Shown here piece by piece: positions 26,807-36,624 of a stretch of 64,000 nt of DNA; positions within the stretch are counted from its first letter, which is position 1; the number at the start of each line of letters is the position of its first letter. The DNA lies in assembly GCA_964389675.1 (NCBI GenBank), contig CAYMEV010000001.1:156539-220538 (forward strand). The letters run 5' to 3'. A program made the position numbers and the translations under genes. The stretch comes from an uncultured Candidatus Sumerlaeota bacterium (GTDB taxonomy: Bacteria > CAYMEV01). The notes beneath the pieces are model-generated. The model saw nothing but the letters and a program-made list of their open reading frames with translations. It was not told where the DNA came from and did no database searches.

Positions 26807-28966
26807 TCAGATCTTCTGTTTCACCCTGTAATTTTTGGAAAACTCAGATGTATTACCTTCCTGGTCAGTTGCTGTCCCGGTTATTATCAGAGGATATACA
26901 TTATAGAAAATTTCAGGGGGTATGGTGATATTGAACCTGCCCTGAGCGTTTGAAACGACTGTCCCGATATACTGTCTGCCCTGGCCGTATTGCCAGGGGA
27001 ATGGTATATCTGCGACATATACATCAATTGTACAGGAAGGCATTGAAAATCCGCTTATATTGTTTACTGCCTGCTTTCCGAATACCGGGAAGAATATCCT
27101 CTTATTAGGGCCATTCCCATAATAATCGGGATCATTTTGTGTAACTCCTTCATTGCCCAGGTCAATGCCCAGCTGCCCGTTATTATTAAAGCTGTTCCCC
27201 CTGATGGTGTTATACAGGGTAGATGTGTCTGTGGGCCAGGTACCTACGGTAACCCCATTTCTCTGGTTATGCATTATCTTATTTATATGAACAAAATCCG
27301 GATCACCTATAACATTATATGAAGATCCATTCTGAAGCCTGATGCCGTCTATACCGTTCCCAAGCTGCGTATTCTCGTTCAAACCGCAGCCAATGTGGTT
27401 TCCGTAGAAGAAGTTATTTACTGTAGCGCTGCCACCTGTTCTTACCCCTGAATTGTTATTTCCTGAAATAATATTCCTGTAATTGACATTCAACCCTCCA
27501 ATGGTATTATGGTTTGAACCATTATCAAGCAGTATTCCATCAAGTGCATTCCCCCTGTCATAGCTTGATGTGGCATCAGTACCTATACGGTTTCCCCTGA
27601 TAAAATTATTCTGAGACAGCTGTCCGTTGGAAGGATTGTGAGTCAGGACTATGCCGTACTGCTGGTTGGCAGAGATTGTATTTCCTTCTGATTCGTAAAT
27701 ACCGCCTATCTGAGTATTCTTCGCTCCTGAAAGGTATATGCCATGGGTTCCGTTTCCCCTCGGGGTATTATAATCTATGGCAAGGCCTATTGAATTTGCC
27801 TTAACAGTGCAGAAACTGGAAGTAATCCTTACTCCGTAGAGCGTATTTGATGATATGATATTGGATAAAATGTTTGTATAGTGTGAGTATTCACTGATAT
27901 TAATGCCGGAATCGTTAGGGGCTGAATTTACTCCATTGGCCATAAGGCCTATTATATTATTCGATATGGTATTGCCCATTGAATACTGATGCAGGCATAT
28001 TATGCCGGCTGAGCCATTTCCTGAAATTACATTGCCTGCTACAGTATTATAGCCTGATTTGAAAAAGGCAATACCATAGCTTCCATTTCCCACCATGGCA
28101 TTGCCGTTAATATTCAGTCCGATATAATTGCCCGATATAGTATTGTCCCTGGTGTCATTATCCCCGTTTTTCTCAAGCCTGATACCATCAACAGTGTTTC
28201 CCGATATTATGTTTCTCTCTGATGGGTCCGTACCGCCTATCTGGGTATTTTTTATCCCGTTTATAAGGAGTATGCCCTCATAATTAGGTACTGCATACTG
28301 GCCTCCCCTGTTAAGGCCTATAATATTGCCTTTTATCTGGTTGCCTGTGCACACACCCGGGATCACTCCGCCGCCAACCTGTTCCAGAATGCCTATGGCT
28401 GCATTTTCGTTGCCGGATAAAAGGCAGTTCCGTATTATATTATTATTGCTGTTCTCCACCAGCATAATACCACCGTAATTGGGGTGGCCCTGAGATGCTT
28501 GTGAGGCTGAACCATCTGAATTTGTACCGAAATAGCAATACTCTATGATATTATTGGATGCATAATATACTACAATTCCCCTCTCAAAGTTATTGAAAAC
28601 AAGGCCCCTTATGGTAATGTTTTCAAGCGGTTCTTCCAGGCTGTAGTTTATCTTAATGCCGTTTATACTGCCATTCCCCTTCAGTATAACATCAGGGTAG
28701 TAATCTGAACCGGAGACAAGGCCGTCAATTGTAGTATTGCTTTTCTGCATCGGCAGTTCACTTGTAAGGTTTATCGTTATCGGATAAGACAGCCCGGATG
28801 AAAATGTTATTGTATTATATGTATCTCCGTTCTGATTAGCAGTAAGGACTGCCTGGTAAAGGCTCCCGGCTCCTGATGAATTGGTGTTGGTAACGGTAAT
28901 TGTAGCCCCGTAAACAGGAATTATAAGGATTGCCAGGATTATGACTGAAATTATCATTTTCATCAT
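26807..28966 (-). CDS. Secreted right-handed parallel beta-helix repeat protein
   Basis: 719 aa. Signal peptide MMKMIISVIILAILIIPVYG. Dozens of degenerate G-x-x-G-N/I-x-I-x-x-N repeats (NTISGNYIGLNINGN, NIISGNNNSGV..) typical of pectate-lyase/NosD-like beta-helices. Confidence 0.7.
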   Translation of the reverse strand: MMKMIISVIILAILIIPVYGATITVTNTNSSGAGSLYQAVLTANQNGDTYNTITFSSGLSYPITINLTSELPMQKSNTTIDGLVSGSDYYPDVILKGNGSINGIKINYSLEEPLENITIRGLVFNNFERGIVVYYASNNIIEYCYFGTNSDGSASQASQGHPNYGGIMLVENSNNNIIRNCLLSGNENAAIGILEQVGGGVIPGVCTGNQIKGNIIGLNRGGQYAVPNYEGILLINGIKNTQIGGTDPSERNIISGNTVDGIRLEKNGDNDTRDNTISGNYIGLNINGNAMVGNGSYGIAFFKSGYNTVAGNVISGNGSAGIICLHQYSMGNTISNNIIGLMANGVNSAPNDSGINISEYSHYTNILSNIISSNTLYGVRITSSFCTVKANSIGLAIDYNTPRGNGTHGIYLSGAKNTQIGGIYESEGNTISANQQYGIVLTHNPSNGQLSQNNFIRGNRIGTDATSSYDRGNALDGILLDNGSNHNTIGGLNVNYRNIISGNNNSGVRTGGSATVNNFFYGNHIGCGLNENTQLGNGIDGIRLQNGSSYNVIGDPDFVHINKIMHNQRNGVTVGTWPTDTSTLYNTIRGNSFNNNGQLGIDLGNEGVTQNDPDYYGNGPNKRIFFPVFGKQAVNNISGFSMPSCTIDVYVADIPFPWQYGQGRQYIGTVVSNAQGRFNITIPPEIFYNVYPLIITGTATDQEGNTSEFSKNYRVKQKI

Positions 28967-29050
28967 GTTAAACTCCTTTTAATATAGCACTCTATATTAT
29001 ATACTATAGTACCCGGGAGTATGTTTTCCAATCTTTTTTAAGACCAGGTT

Positions 29051-29413
29051 TTATTTGTTTTTAACCCTGATAACTGTTTTCAGGTTTCCCCTCGGGTTAA
29101 AGTCACCGATTACCTCGAGCAGGCGGGGTTCTATCAGGTCATTTATGCTGTCATAGACTGTATTGACGGCATCCTCGTGAGAGATGCTTCTGTCCCTGAA
29201 GCTGTTTAAGAAAAGCTTCAGCGATTTCAGTTCAACAATATATTTGTCAGGAATATAGTTGATTTTAATTTCAGCAAAATCGGGATAACCTGATCTTGGG
29301 CATTTACACGTAAACTCAGGGAAACTGAGCTCTATGGTGTAATCCCTGCCGGGAAAGCTGTTCTCCCATTTTTCAAGGCAATTTTCCACTATAGCCTTTT
29401 CGCCGTATTTCAT
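29051..29413 (-). CDS. queF: NADPH-dependent 7-cyano-7-deazaguanine reductase QueF (unimodular type)
   Basis: 120 aa. [19 protein letters not shown] and [14 protein letters not shown] match the QueF/T-fold signature (Cys nucleophile, E(S/L)K(S/A)hK(L/Y)(Y/F/W) motif). Confidence 0.85.
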   Translation of the reverse strand: MKYGEKAIVENCLEKWENSFPGRDYTIELSFPEFTCKCPRSGYPDFAEIKINYIPDKYIVELKSLKLFLNSFRDRSISHEDAVNTVYDSINDLIEPRLLEVIGDFNPRGNLKTVIRVKNK

Positions 29414-29422
29414 TTCATTACC

Positions 29423-30193
29423 TCACTGCAGATATTTGGATGTAATATGGAATATATTTTCAGTTTTAACCCAGCCGACTATACCGTTAGGAAGGGTTAT
29501 CCTGAGATAATCACCGCGCTTCTCCGATACCCTGACCATTGTCCCGTCATTTATCATGGCCAGGCTTACCATTCCGGGGTCGGGTCCATTCCTGACATTT
29601 GTCTGATCTGATATGACCACTCCGATTGAAGGGTTATTATACAGTTTATAAGATGATCTGTAGAATGGAAAGATTATTAGTGCTGTCATCATCAGAGACA
29701 GCATTATCAGAAAAATGCTTTTAAGCCTCAGGTTGAAAAATATAAAATAAATTATGAATAACAGCATAAACAGGCTTATTACTGAATAGAAGACAATATT
29801 CCAGGTTGAAAACGTAAATGACTTCACTATTTTTTCATAAAAATCATATATGAAGAAACTGTATCTCTGATCAAACCTGTCTTTCAGCCTGCTCTCGATT
29901 ATATCAGTATTATATTCTATATCCCGGTTACGGGGCTCATACATTCCTGCTATAATGAAATAAGCCCGTGAAAGCCCCAGCTCACCTTTCTTATAATATG
30001 AACAGCCGATATTGTAAAAAAGCCCTGCTGACCTGTATCCCTCACGGTATATCTCATCATATATATCTATTGCTTTCTGATAATCACCCTGCTTGTATAG
30101 TTCCTCAGCCCTGCTGAACATGCTCTGGTAATCCTTTCCATAGGCTATTGCCGCTGAAAGAAGGATAACTATTATAGATACCAGCTTTTTCAT
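29423..30193 (-). CDS. batE: BatE-like: TPR repeats, TM segment, C-terminal bacterial SH3 domain
   Basis: 256 aa. Signal/TM, TPR (YNIGCSYYKKGELGLS), a mid TM, SH3b-like GTMVRVSEKRGDYLRITLPNGIVGWV. Last gene of the Bat operon. Confidence 0.65.
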   Translation of the reverse strand: MKKLVSIIVILLSAAIAYGKDYQSMFSRAEELYKQGDYQKAIDIYDEIYREGYRSAGLFYNIGCSYYKKGELGLSRAYFIIAGMYEPRNRDIEYNTDIIESRLKDRFDQRYSFFIYDFYEKIVKSFTFSTWNIVFYSVISLFMLLFIIYFIFFNLRLKSIFLIMLSLMMTALIIFPFYRSSYKLYNNPSIGVVISDQTNVRNGPDPGMVSLAMINDGTMVRVSEKRGDYLRITLPNGIVGWVKTENIFHITSKYLQ

Positions 30194-31959
30194 GTTTCTG
30201 TCCTTTTAATTATCTGGAGAATATCCTTCTTTACTTCATCCAGGCTCTGATCAGCATTTCCTGCCGGATTATATGCTATGCTGTTAAGAAGTTCAAGCAC
30301 GGCTGTTATCATTTCAACAGCTGTCTCATCAGCCGAATTTTCCCTCAGCTCTCCTATAAGCTCAGTCTTTGTGAGAGAATTAGCGGTAATATCAAACCTT
30401 TTGCTGAGATAATAATTCAGAATCTGAACAAGCTCCTTTGCAGACTCTTTAGGCTTATTGCATGGATCAACCTTCCTAAGCATCCTTCTTGCTCTCTGGG
30501 ATGATCTTCTTATCCTCTGTATCTTAGAATAGGACTGCCTGTCCCTGTAAACGCCTGTTATAACGGACAGAAAAGATAAAACTGCAAGACTATAAAGGAT
30601 AATCTCAGGGAATCTCAAGGAAAATGGCGTACTATCATTATGACTGTATTGCATCAGGTAGAGTATATCGCTCTTTGCATTCCTGACCTCATTATACTTC
30701 TGATTTTCTGTAAATTCGCCTTTTTTTGCAGGCTTAAAATCCAGAGTTATTTCTTCGGCGATATCTGTCTCCACCCTTTTTCTTTCAGGGTCAAAATACT
30801 TCAGTGATACCCCGGGAACAGTCAGTTTACCGCTTTCTCCCGGAATTATTATATATTCCATCTCTGTAATGCTGTCCAGCCTGTTTTCCGTGAACCTTTT
30901 TTCTGAGCTTATCTTCGGCGGATATATCTCAAATCTGTCATCCCTGTTATCTATCATTATGTCGCTTTCCCTGAGCCTTCCTTTACCCTCTGCCCTGACC
31001 TTCATGACAACAGGCTGGCTCTGGTAATAATCCTGCTTTGCCTCCATGGACCTTTCCAATTTGAATTTGCCGACAGGGATAATGCTTTCTGTCGGCAGAG
31101 GTTTTACCATCAGTGTTTTGGCATCAGATTCAAAAGTAATGGGATTTGAAGAGAAAAACGATACCGGAGACACTGTGATCCTTGCCTTAGGCAGTACAAG
31201 TTCTCCGCTTTTAGTAGGATAGAATACAAAATATATCTTATGCAGGCTGTATCGCTGGTTATCCCTGTAGGTATATCCCATATCCTGATAGGCATCCTGG
31301 TCCAGCTCCTCCATCCACACATCTGGTATCTGGAAAGGGTTTAACGATGCCTCTCCCATTAAATCAGGCTTCTTGTAGAATAAGACTGTGAGAACAACCT
31401 GTTCATAGATATAAGGGTTCTCATTGCTTACAGAAAGCTCAACAAAAGCATCCTCTCTGCTTATCTGGTCTCTCCTCCTCAAATTTCTGTCCATATCAAA
31501 AAATGAGTCAAAAGGGTCCGGATTCATGAAGGGGCTGCTTCTTCTCCTTGAACTCTGAGATACTATGCTTCCCTCCTTTACGGTGACTTTAAGAGGCTTT
31601 GTCCTGTAGCTTTTGCTTTTATAAAGGGCTTCCCCTGCTCCTATGGTGAGAATACCTGTCTCTTTGGGTTTTAGCACAAAATTATGTATGGTTCCCCTTG
31701 TTACGCTGTTATTTATTATTGATATGCTGGATGAGCGGGAAGTTGAGATAAGCTCAAACCTGTCGAATGAAGGCGGGTTTACATCAGGATCTGCATCCTG
31801 ATCAGCACTTTCAATCTTTATGCTGTAGATAAAAGTATCATCAATGCCGACAGTATCATGAGAAATGTCTGCACTTACGGAAATATCGCCACAATAGGCA
31901 TCTGCCGATGACAGGATAATTATTAAAATAAAAAGCAGTTTACCAGTCCTTCTTATCAT
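30190..31959 (-). CDS. batD: BatD-like oxygen-tolerance protein
   Basis: About 590 aa. Likely start MIRRTGKLLFILIII (signal). Large extracytoplasmic domain, C-terminal TM (ILYSLAVLSFLSVITGVY) and cytoplasmic tail. Position between batC and batE. The ORF-track start at 32037 would overlap batC by about 100 bp. Confidence 0.6.
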   Translation of the reverse strand: MIRRTGKLLFILIIILSSADAYCGDISVSADISHDTVGIDDTFIYSIKIESADQDADPDVNPPSFDRFELISTSRSSSISIINNSVTRGTIHNFVLKPKETGILTIGAGEALYKSKSYRTKPLKVTVKEGSIVSQSSRRRSSPFMNPDPFDSFFDMDRNLRRRDQISREDAFVELSVSNENPYIYEQVVLTVLFYKKPDLMGEASLNPFQIPDVWMEELDQDAYQDMGYTYRDNQRYSLHKIYFVFYPTKSGELVLPKARITVSPVSFFSSNPITFESDAKTLMVKPLPTESIIPVGKFKLERSMEAKQDYYQSQPVVMKVRAEGKGRLRESDIMIDNRDDRFEIYPPKISSEKRFTENRLDSITEMEYIIIPGESGKLTVPGVSLKYFDPERKRVETDIAEEITLDFKPAKKGEFTENQKYNEVRNAKSDILYLMQYSHNDSTPFSLRFPEIILYSLAVLSFLSVITGVYRDRQSYSKIQRIRRSSQRARRMLRKVDPCNKPKESAKELVQILNYYLSKRFDITANSLTKTELIGELRENSADETAVEMITAVLELLNSIAYNPAGNADQSLDEVKKDILQIIKRTET

Positions 31960-32698
31960 CCATATCCCCCTGCGGTATTTCTTTAAGAATTGCAGACCTG
32001 ACCCTTTCCTCCTGGGTCTCTTTATCCTCATCCTCAATCATATTTAGAAGCCTTTCCATTTCCTGTTCTTCTATTTTTTCTGCTGATTCCTCATTTTTCT
32101 GTTCTTCAGCTTTTTCAGGCTGTTTCTGTTTCTGGTCCTGTTCCTTATCTTCCTGTTCTCTATCCTCGCTGTCCTCTTCCCTGCTGTTTTCATCTTTTTT
32201 TTCATCTTCTTTCTGCTCGTTTTTTTCCTCTTCCTGCTTTTGCTGCTGCTCCAGCATTTTAAGGCTGAGCTCAAAGTTATGCCTGGCATCCTCATTGTCA
32301 GGATTGATCTTTAACGATTCAATATAGGATTCTACAGCTTTCTCATACATCTGCTTCTGGAAATAGGCATTTCCTGAATTATAGTATGAATCTGCTTTAA
32401 TACTATCATTTTCCGCCATGGAATTTGCAAGGAGATATTCAGCCAGAGCCTTGTCATATTCGCCCAGCTTATAAAAAACATTCCCAATATTTGTATGGAG
32501 CAGAGGTTTTGATTCTTCATATTTCCTGTTAAGAGCCTTTGTATAACAGGTAAGTGCCCTTTCCATCTCGCCGCTTTCATAGCATTCATTTCCCTCTTTG
32601 TTCAGTTCAGCCTGCCTGTTTCTGTCTGTGAAACCGCAGAAAATTGACCATAAAAGAGCAAGGGCAAAAGCAAATAATATTTTTCTACCTGAAGTCAA
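31940..32698 (-). CDS. batC: BatC-like TPR protein with acidic, low-complexity C-terminal tail
   Basis: TPRs (YYNSGNAYFQKQMYEKAVESYIESLKINPDNEDA). The tail is E/K/D/Q-rich (EEEKNEQKEDEKKDENSREEDSEDREQEDKEQD). Probable start is TTG giving M-TSGRKILFAFALALLWSIFCG, with AAGGAGGA RBS upstream. The ORF-track start at 32761 is a further-upstream TTG. Confidence 0.6.
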   Translation of the reverse strand: MTSGRKILFAFALALLWSIFCGFTDRNRQAELNKEGNECYESGEMERALTCYTKALNRKYEESKPLLHTNIGNVFYKLGEYDKALAEYLLANSMAENDSIKADSYYNSGNAYFQKQMYEKAVESYIESLKINPDNEDARHNFELSLKMLEQQQKQEEEKNEQKEDEKKDENSREEDSEDREQEDKEQDQKQKQPEKAEEQKNEESAEKIEEQEMERLLNMIEDEDKETQEERVRSAILKEIPQGDMDDKKDW

Positions 32699-33716
32699 AA
32701 CTTCTTTTCCTCCTTGTCCTGTATGAAAGTATAATATATATTGAAAGGAAAAATAGCGCAATACCTGTAAAAATTGGGCTCTGGTCCTTAAGGTCGCTTG
32801 ATACTATCTCCTCAAAGTCCTTTTTTTCCATTTCCTGCATTTTTTCAAAGACCCTGTCCAGCACATTCTCATAATCATCAATTCTGTAAAAAGCTCCGCC
32901 TGTTTCTTCTGCAATTAATCTCAGAGAATCATCCACAAGGTAAGTCTGGACGATATTCCCCTCTTTATCCCTCTGATAATCTATTATAGCCCCATTTTCA
33001 ACAATAGGGACCGGGACATGGTTCTCACCCGCCACGCCTATTATGAACAATCTTATTCCCTGCTCTTTCAGCTTTTTAATCTCATTTTCCGAATTTCCAA
33101 CAGTCTCCTGCCCATCAGTAAATAACACTATCGCTTTATATTTGGTTTCATCTTTTATAAACAGCGACATTGCTTTTTGGACAGCCTGTTCTATATTGCT
33201 GCCCCCCAAAGGTATAAGGTCCGTGTCCAGCACGTCAAGAAACATTGCGACAGCAGTATAATCAATGGTCAGCGGGGACTGCACATAGGCTGTCCCGCTG
33301 AAAGCAACGAGTCCGACCCTGTTGCCTGACAGCTTTCTGAAAAGGTCATTTACAAGCATCCTTGTCTTTTCCAGCCTTGAGGGCTTAATATCAATAGCGT
33401 TCATACTCTTGGAAACATCGACTGCAATGACTATATCCAGCCCTTTTATCTGGTGGGTCCTCTCGCTTATGCCGTATCTGGGCCCTGAGGCGGATATAAT
33501 AAGCGAAAATAAGGCGATCAGAAGGGAAATTCTCCGCAATAAATAAAAAGGCCTGAGCGGACTTAGTATAATCCGGTCATAATTAATGCTTCCGAACTTT
33601 GAAAGCCTTTTATTATAAATCTTTGAATAGAATATATAGAGTATAAGTATAACCGGAATAAGGGCTAAGAAAACAAGATAAAACGGATCCTGAAAGTATC
33701 TGCTGAAAAAAACCAT
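32685..33716 (-). CDS. batB: BatB-like vWA-domain membrane protein
   Basis: 343 aa. N-terminal TMs, then a vWA domain with MIDAS motif DIVIAVDVSKSM and TxG. Confidence 0.75.
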   Translation of the reverse strand: MVFFSRYFQDPFYLVFLALIPVILILYIFYSKIYNKRLSKFGSINYDRIILSPLRPFYLLRRISLLIALFSLIISASGPRYGISERTHQIKGLDIVIAVDVSKSMNAIDIKPSRLEKTRMLVNDLFRKLSGNRVGLVAFSGTAYVQSPLTIDYTAVAMFLDVLDTDLIPLGGSNIEQAVQKAMSLFIKDETKYKAIVLFTDGQETVGNSENEIKKLKEQGIRLFIIGVAGENHVPVPIVENGAIIDYQRDKEGNIVQTYLVDDSLRLIAEETGGAFYRIDDYENVLDRVFEKMQEMEKKDFEEIVSSDLKDQSPIFTGIALFFLSIYIILSYRTRRKRSFDFR

Positions 33717-33724
33717 AAACCCTC

Positions 33725-34705
33725 CTATGGTATCCTGCTGAAGTATAAAATCCTGAATACAGCATAAAAAGCCAGGAGGATCATTGCAATAATCCTGAAT
33801 GGCCTGCTTTTATCCATAAAAACAGTATACTTCATAGAATGAACGAGAGTTTTTTCTTCCTCGTCAATTTTTTCAAAAACGCTTTTAAGCATATTCTCAT
33901 CATTTACATAATAGTACCCGGCATTTGTCAGGGAAGCTATCTTTTTCAGAAGCTGTTCATCAATATTGATATCTGTATATATATACTGCCTTCCCAGCAT
34001 AGGATTATCCACAGGAAATTTTACTGACCCTTCGGACCCTACACCTATGGTATATACCTTTATATCAAGCTTTTCTGCCATGTCTGCGCCTGCATCAGGG
34101 GTTATATTGCCCCTGTTGTTCTCTCCGTCTGTAAGGAGAATTATTATTTTGGCCTTTGCCTCGCTTGCCCTTAGCCTGTTTACTGCAGTTGCAACAGCAT
34201 TTCCTATGGCAGTCCCGTCCTCTATCATCTTGAGGCGGACACTGTCCAGATAATCAATAAGGACATTATGGTCCAGTGTCAGCGGGCAGTGAGTAAAGGC
34301 CCTCCCTGCAAATACTACAAGCCCTATTCTGTCCGCAGGCCTCATATTTATAAAATCCTTTACTATATCCTTCGCCTTTTCAAGCCTGTTAGGGTTAAAA
34401 TCCATGGCAGCCATCGATCCTGATGCATCAAGTGCAATGATTATATCCCTTGTTTCTGTATATATCTCACGTTCCTCATAACCCTTCTGAGGGCCTGCAA
34501 GAGCAATGATCAGAAAAATAAGGACTGCAAAAGGCAGATACCTGAATACTGCATAGGCATAATATGAGAATGTTTTAGGCAGGCTGCCGTAAATATGGGA
34601 CACTGTAAAAATAACCCTTTCTCTTGTTATTCTTTTCCAGTAAATAAAAAATATATAAGCTGAAACAAAAAGGATAAGTATTAAAAACTGCGGGTTTTTG
34701 AACAT
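33725..34705 (-). CDS. batA: BatA-like vWA-domain membrane protein
   Basis: 326 aa. TM, vWA MIDAS DIIIALDASGSM, ..LLTDGENN.., C-terminal TM. Confidence 0.75.
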   Translation of the reverse strand: MFKNPQFLILILFVSAYIFFIYWKRITRERVIFTVSHIYGSLPKTFSYYAYAVFRYLPFAVLIFLIIALAGPQKGYEEREIYTETRDIIIALDASGSMAAMDFNPNRLEKAKDIVKDFINMRPADRIGLVVFAGRAFTHCPLTLDHNVLIDYLDSVRLKMIEDGTAIGNAVATAVNRLRASEAKAKIIILLTDGENNRGNITPDAGADMAEKLDIKVYTIGVGSEGSVKFPVDNPMLGRQYIYTDINIDEQLLKKIASLTNAGYYYVNDENMLKSVFEKIDEEEKTLVHSMKYTVFMDKSRPFRIIAMILLAFYAVFRILYFSRIP

Positions 34706-35674
34706 CTAATCTGCCTCTCCTGTGGAAGAATAGACAATTTTAGCTTTCCTGCCTGAGCTGTCCCTCTCAACAAGGTCATAACCCCTGTCATAGAGCTCTT
34801 TTGCCTTCTGCACTTCAATTCCGATATCACTGAATTTATATAGATCGCATTCAATAAAATATTGCATAATGGATTCATAGAGCTTCTCTTCAATATCTGC
34901 CTGCCTTAAGGAAATGCCCAGTTCGCTCGTTGTCATATCAGTTGCATTGAAAAAGTAAGCACCCTGGATATACTCCTTTATTATTTGTGTAAGCCTGAAT
35001 AAAAACAGTTTAAGGCTGCCTTTCTCCAGGAGTTCGCTTTCGATAAGCTCTGCAAGCTTTCTCCTGGCAATATTTTCCGGAGGGATAACCTCTGCGGGCT
35101 TTTCAGGAATATTCATCCTTCTCTTATAATACAGGTAAAGGATTATGGAAACAGCGGTCAGAAATAAAAAAAACACAATAATATGTGCCATATAGGATTT
35201 TTTAAGAATAAAAGGCCCTTTTATATCCCTGGGGATATTATCATCCCCTGAAAGGTTTGAAATGACATTCATATCTATAGGGTTTGTAAGCAGAAAACTC
35301 TTTTTTTCAGGTTCCCCTTCCCTCCAGTACTCTATCTTCAGGGGCGGTATTATGATATTGCCCTCTTTCTTTGGCATAATAGAGAAGCTTTTGGAGACTC
35401 TTTTAATACTGCCGTCTTTTTCAGCAGTTACTATTTCTTTTTCTTCCCCGGCAATATAATAATCCTCGGATGCAAGCTCATCAGAACCGGAAATACTGTA
35501 AAGGAATTCTTCTTCAATCACCATGCTGAAATTAACTGAGACAATATCCCCTATCCTGATATTATCCTCCCCGCTGATAGAGTAGGAGTATTCAACACTG
35601 CCCTGAAGCGTATTATGGGAAGAGAGGCCATAAAGCAAAAAAAAGAATATGAGCAGTATAAGAAGCCTTTTCAT
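34706..35674 (-). CDS. DUF4381-like membrane protein of the Bat operon
   Basis: 322 aa. Signal peptide, extracytoplasmic domain, single TM (IIVFFLFLTAVSIILYLYY), cytoplasmic helical tail. Conserved position between the DUF58 and batA genes. Confidence 0.5.
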   Translation of the reverse strand: MKRLLILLIFFFLLYGLSSHNTLQGSVEYSYSISGEDNIRIGDIVSVNFSMVIEEEFLYSISGSDELASEDYYIAGEEKEIVTAEKDGSIKRVSKSFSIMPKKEGNIIIPPLKIEYWREGEPEKKSFLLTNPIDMNVISNLSGDDNIPRDIKGPFILKKSYMAHIIVFFLFLTAVSIILYLYYKRRMNIPEKPAEVIPPENIARRKLAELIESELLEKGSLKLFLFRLTQIIKEYIQGAYFFNATDMTTSELGISLRQADIEEKLYESIMQYFIECDLYKFSDIGIEVQKAKELYDRGYDLVERDSSGRKAKIVYSSTGEAD

Positions 35675-36621
35675 AATTTCAGGAGATGCTCCCTTTTTTT
35701 GAAAAATCTTATAAGGCTTGGCGCATAATCGATATCTGTAAATATCTCTATAAAATCAATCCCATTTTGCCTGAAAATGGTCCTTTTTTTCTGTGTCCTT
35801 TCCTCTGCAGACCTCCTGTAGGCATCTCTGACCTTCCGGCTTGATGTGTCTATTACCATGTCCTTCTGGGTCTCCGGATCAAATATATTTATAAAACCTG
35901 CATCTGGAAGCTCATTTTCACGGCGGTCCTTTATTATTACCGGTATTATATCAAACCTTTTTCTTGCTGATATAAATTCCTTATAATTATCAAGGGGTTC
36001 AAAATCTGAGATAATGAATAATACTCCCCTCTTCTTCTGGACACTCAAAATATATCTTAAAAGGCTCCTCAGGTCAGCTACAGATGATTCCGGTTTATAA
36101 CCAATGATCTCCCTTATTATGCGCATGCTCTGGTCCCTGGATTTCTTCTGCGGAATATACTTCCTTATCGAATCATCATAAAGGACAAGCCCTATCTTGT
36201 CATTGTTAATACTTGCCGATACTGAAAGCGTCGCAACTATCTCTGATGCCGCATCTATCTTGAACATCCTTGAAGAAGGCTTTCCTTCCTCCTCTCTGGA
36301 TGGAAAGGAGCCAAAATACATGCTTGGCGAGACATCAACAGCCAGAAGGATGTTCAGCTCCCTTTCCTCGACAAACTGCTTTATAAATGGTTTCCCCATC
36401 CTTGCTGTGACATTCCATTCTATCTGCTTGATACTGTCCCCGAAAACATAATCCCTGACCTCTGAAAACTCTATCCCTCTGCCCTTGAATACGCTTCTGT
36501 AATGCCCTGAAAGCATCTCGCCCGCTTTATGCCTGGTCTTGATCTCAATCCTTCTGACCTTTTTCAGTATCTCTTTGATCCTTTCAATATCAGAAGCATC
36601 ATTAATCAGTTCATTATGCAT
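35671..36621 (-). CDS. DUF58-family protein (MoxR-associated, vWA-like)
   Basis: 316 aa. DUF58 architecture (RRIEIKTRHKAGEML..YVFGDSIKQIEWNVTAR..LAVDVSPSM). 4-bp overlap with the downstream gene; follows moxR. Confidence 0.7.
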   Translation of the reverse strand: MHNELINDASDIERIKEILKKVRRIEIKTRHKAGEMLSGHYRSVFKGRGIEFSEVRDYVFGDSIKQIEWNVTARMGKPFIKQFVEERELNILLAVDVSPSMYFGSFPSREEEGKPSSRMFKIDAASEIVATLSVSASINNDKIGLVLYDDSIRKYIPQKKSRDQSMRIIREIIGYKPESSVADLRSLLRYILSVQKKRGVLFIISDFEPLDNYKEFISARKRFDIIPVIIKDRRENELPDAGFINIFDPETQKDMVIDTSSRKVRDAYRRSAEERTQKKRTIFRQNGIDFIEIFTDIDYAPSLIRFFKKREHLLKL

Positions 36622-36624
36622 ATC

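Noticed and set aside
32004-32240. Acidic low-complexity region as a separate gene (antisense ORF 32071-32295 encodes a K/R-rich peptide)
   Set aside because: It is the reverse-complement reading of BatC's E/D/K-rich tail. BatC's frame is continuous into its TPR domain.
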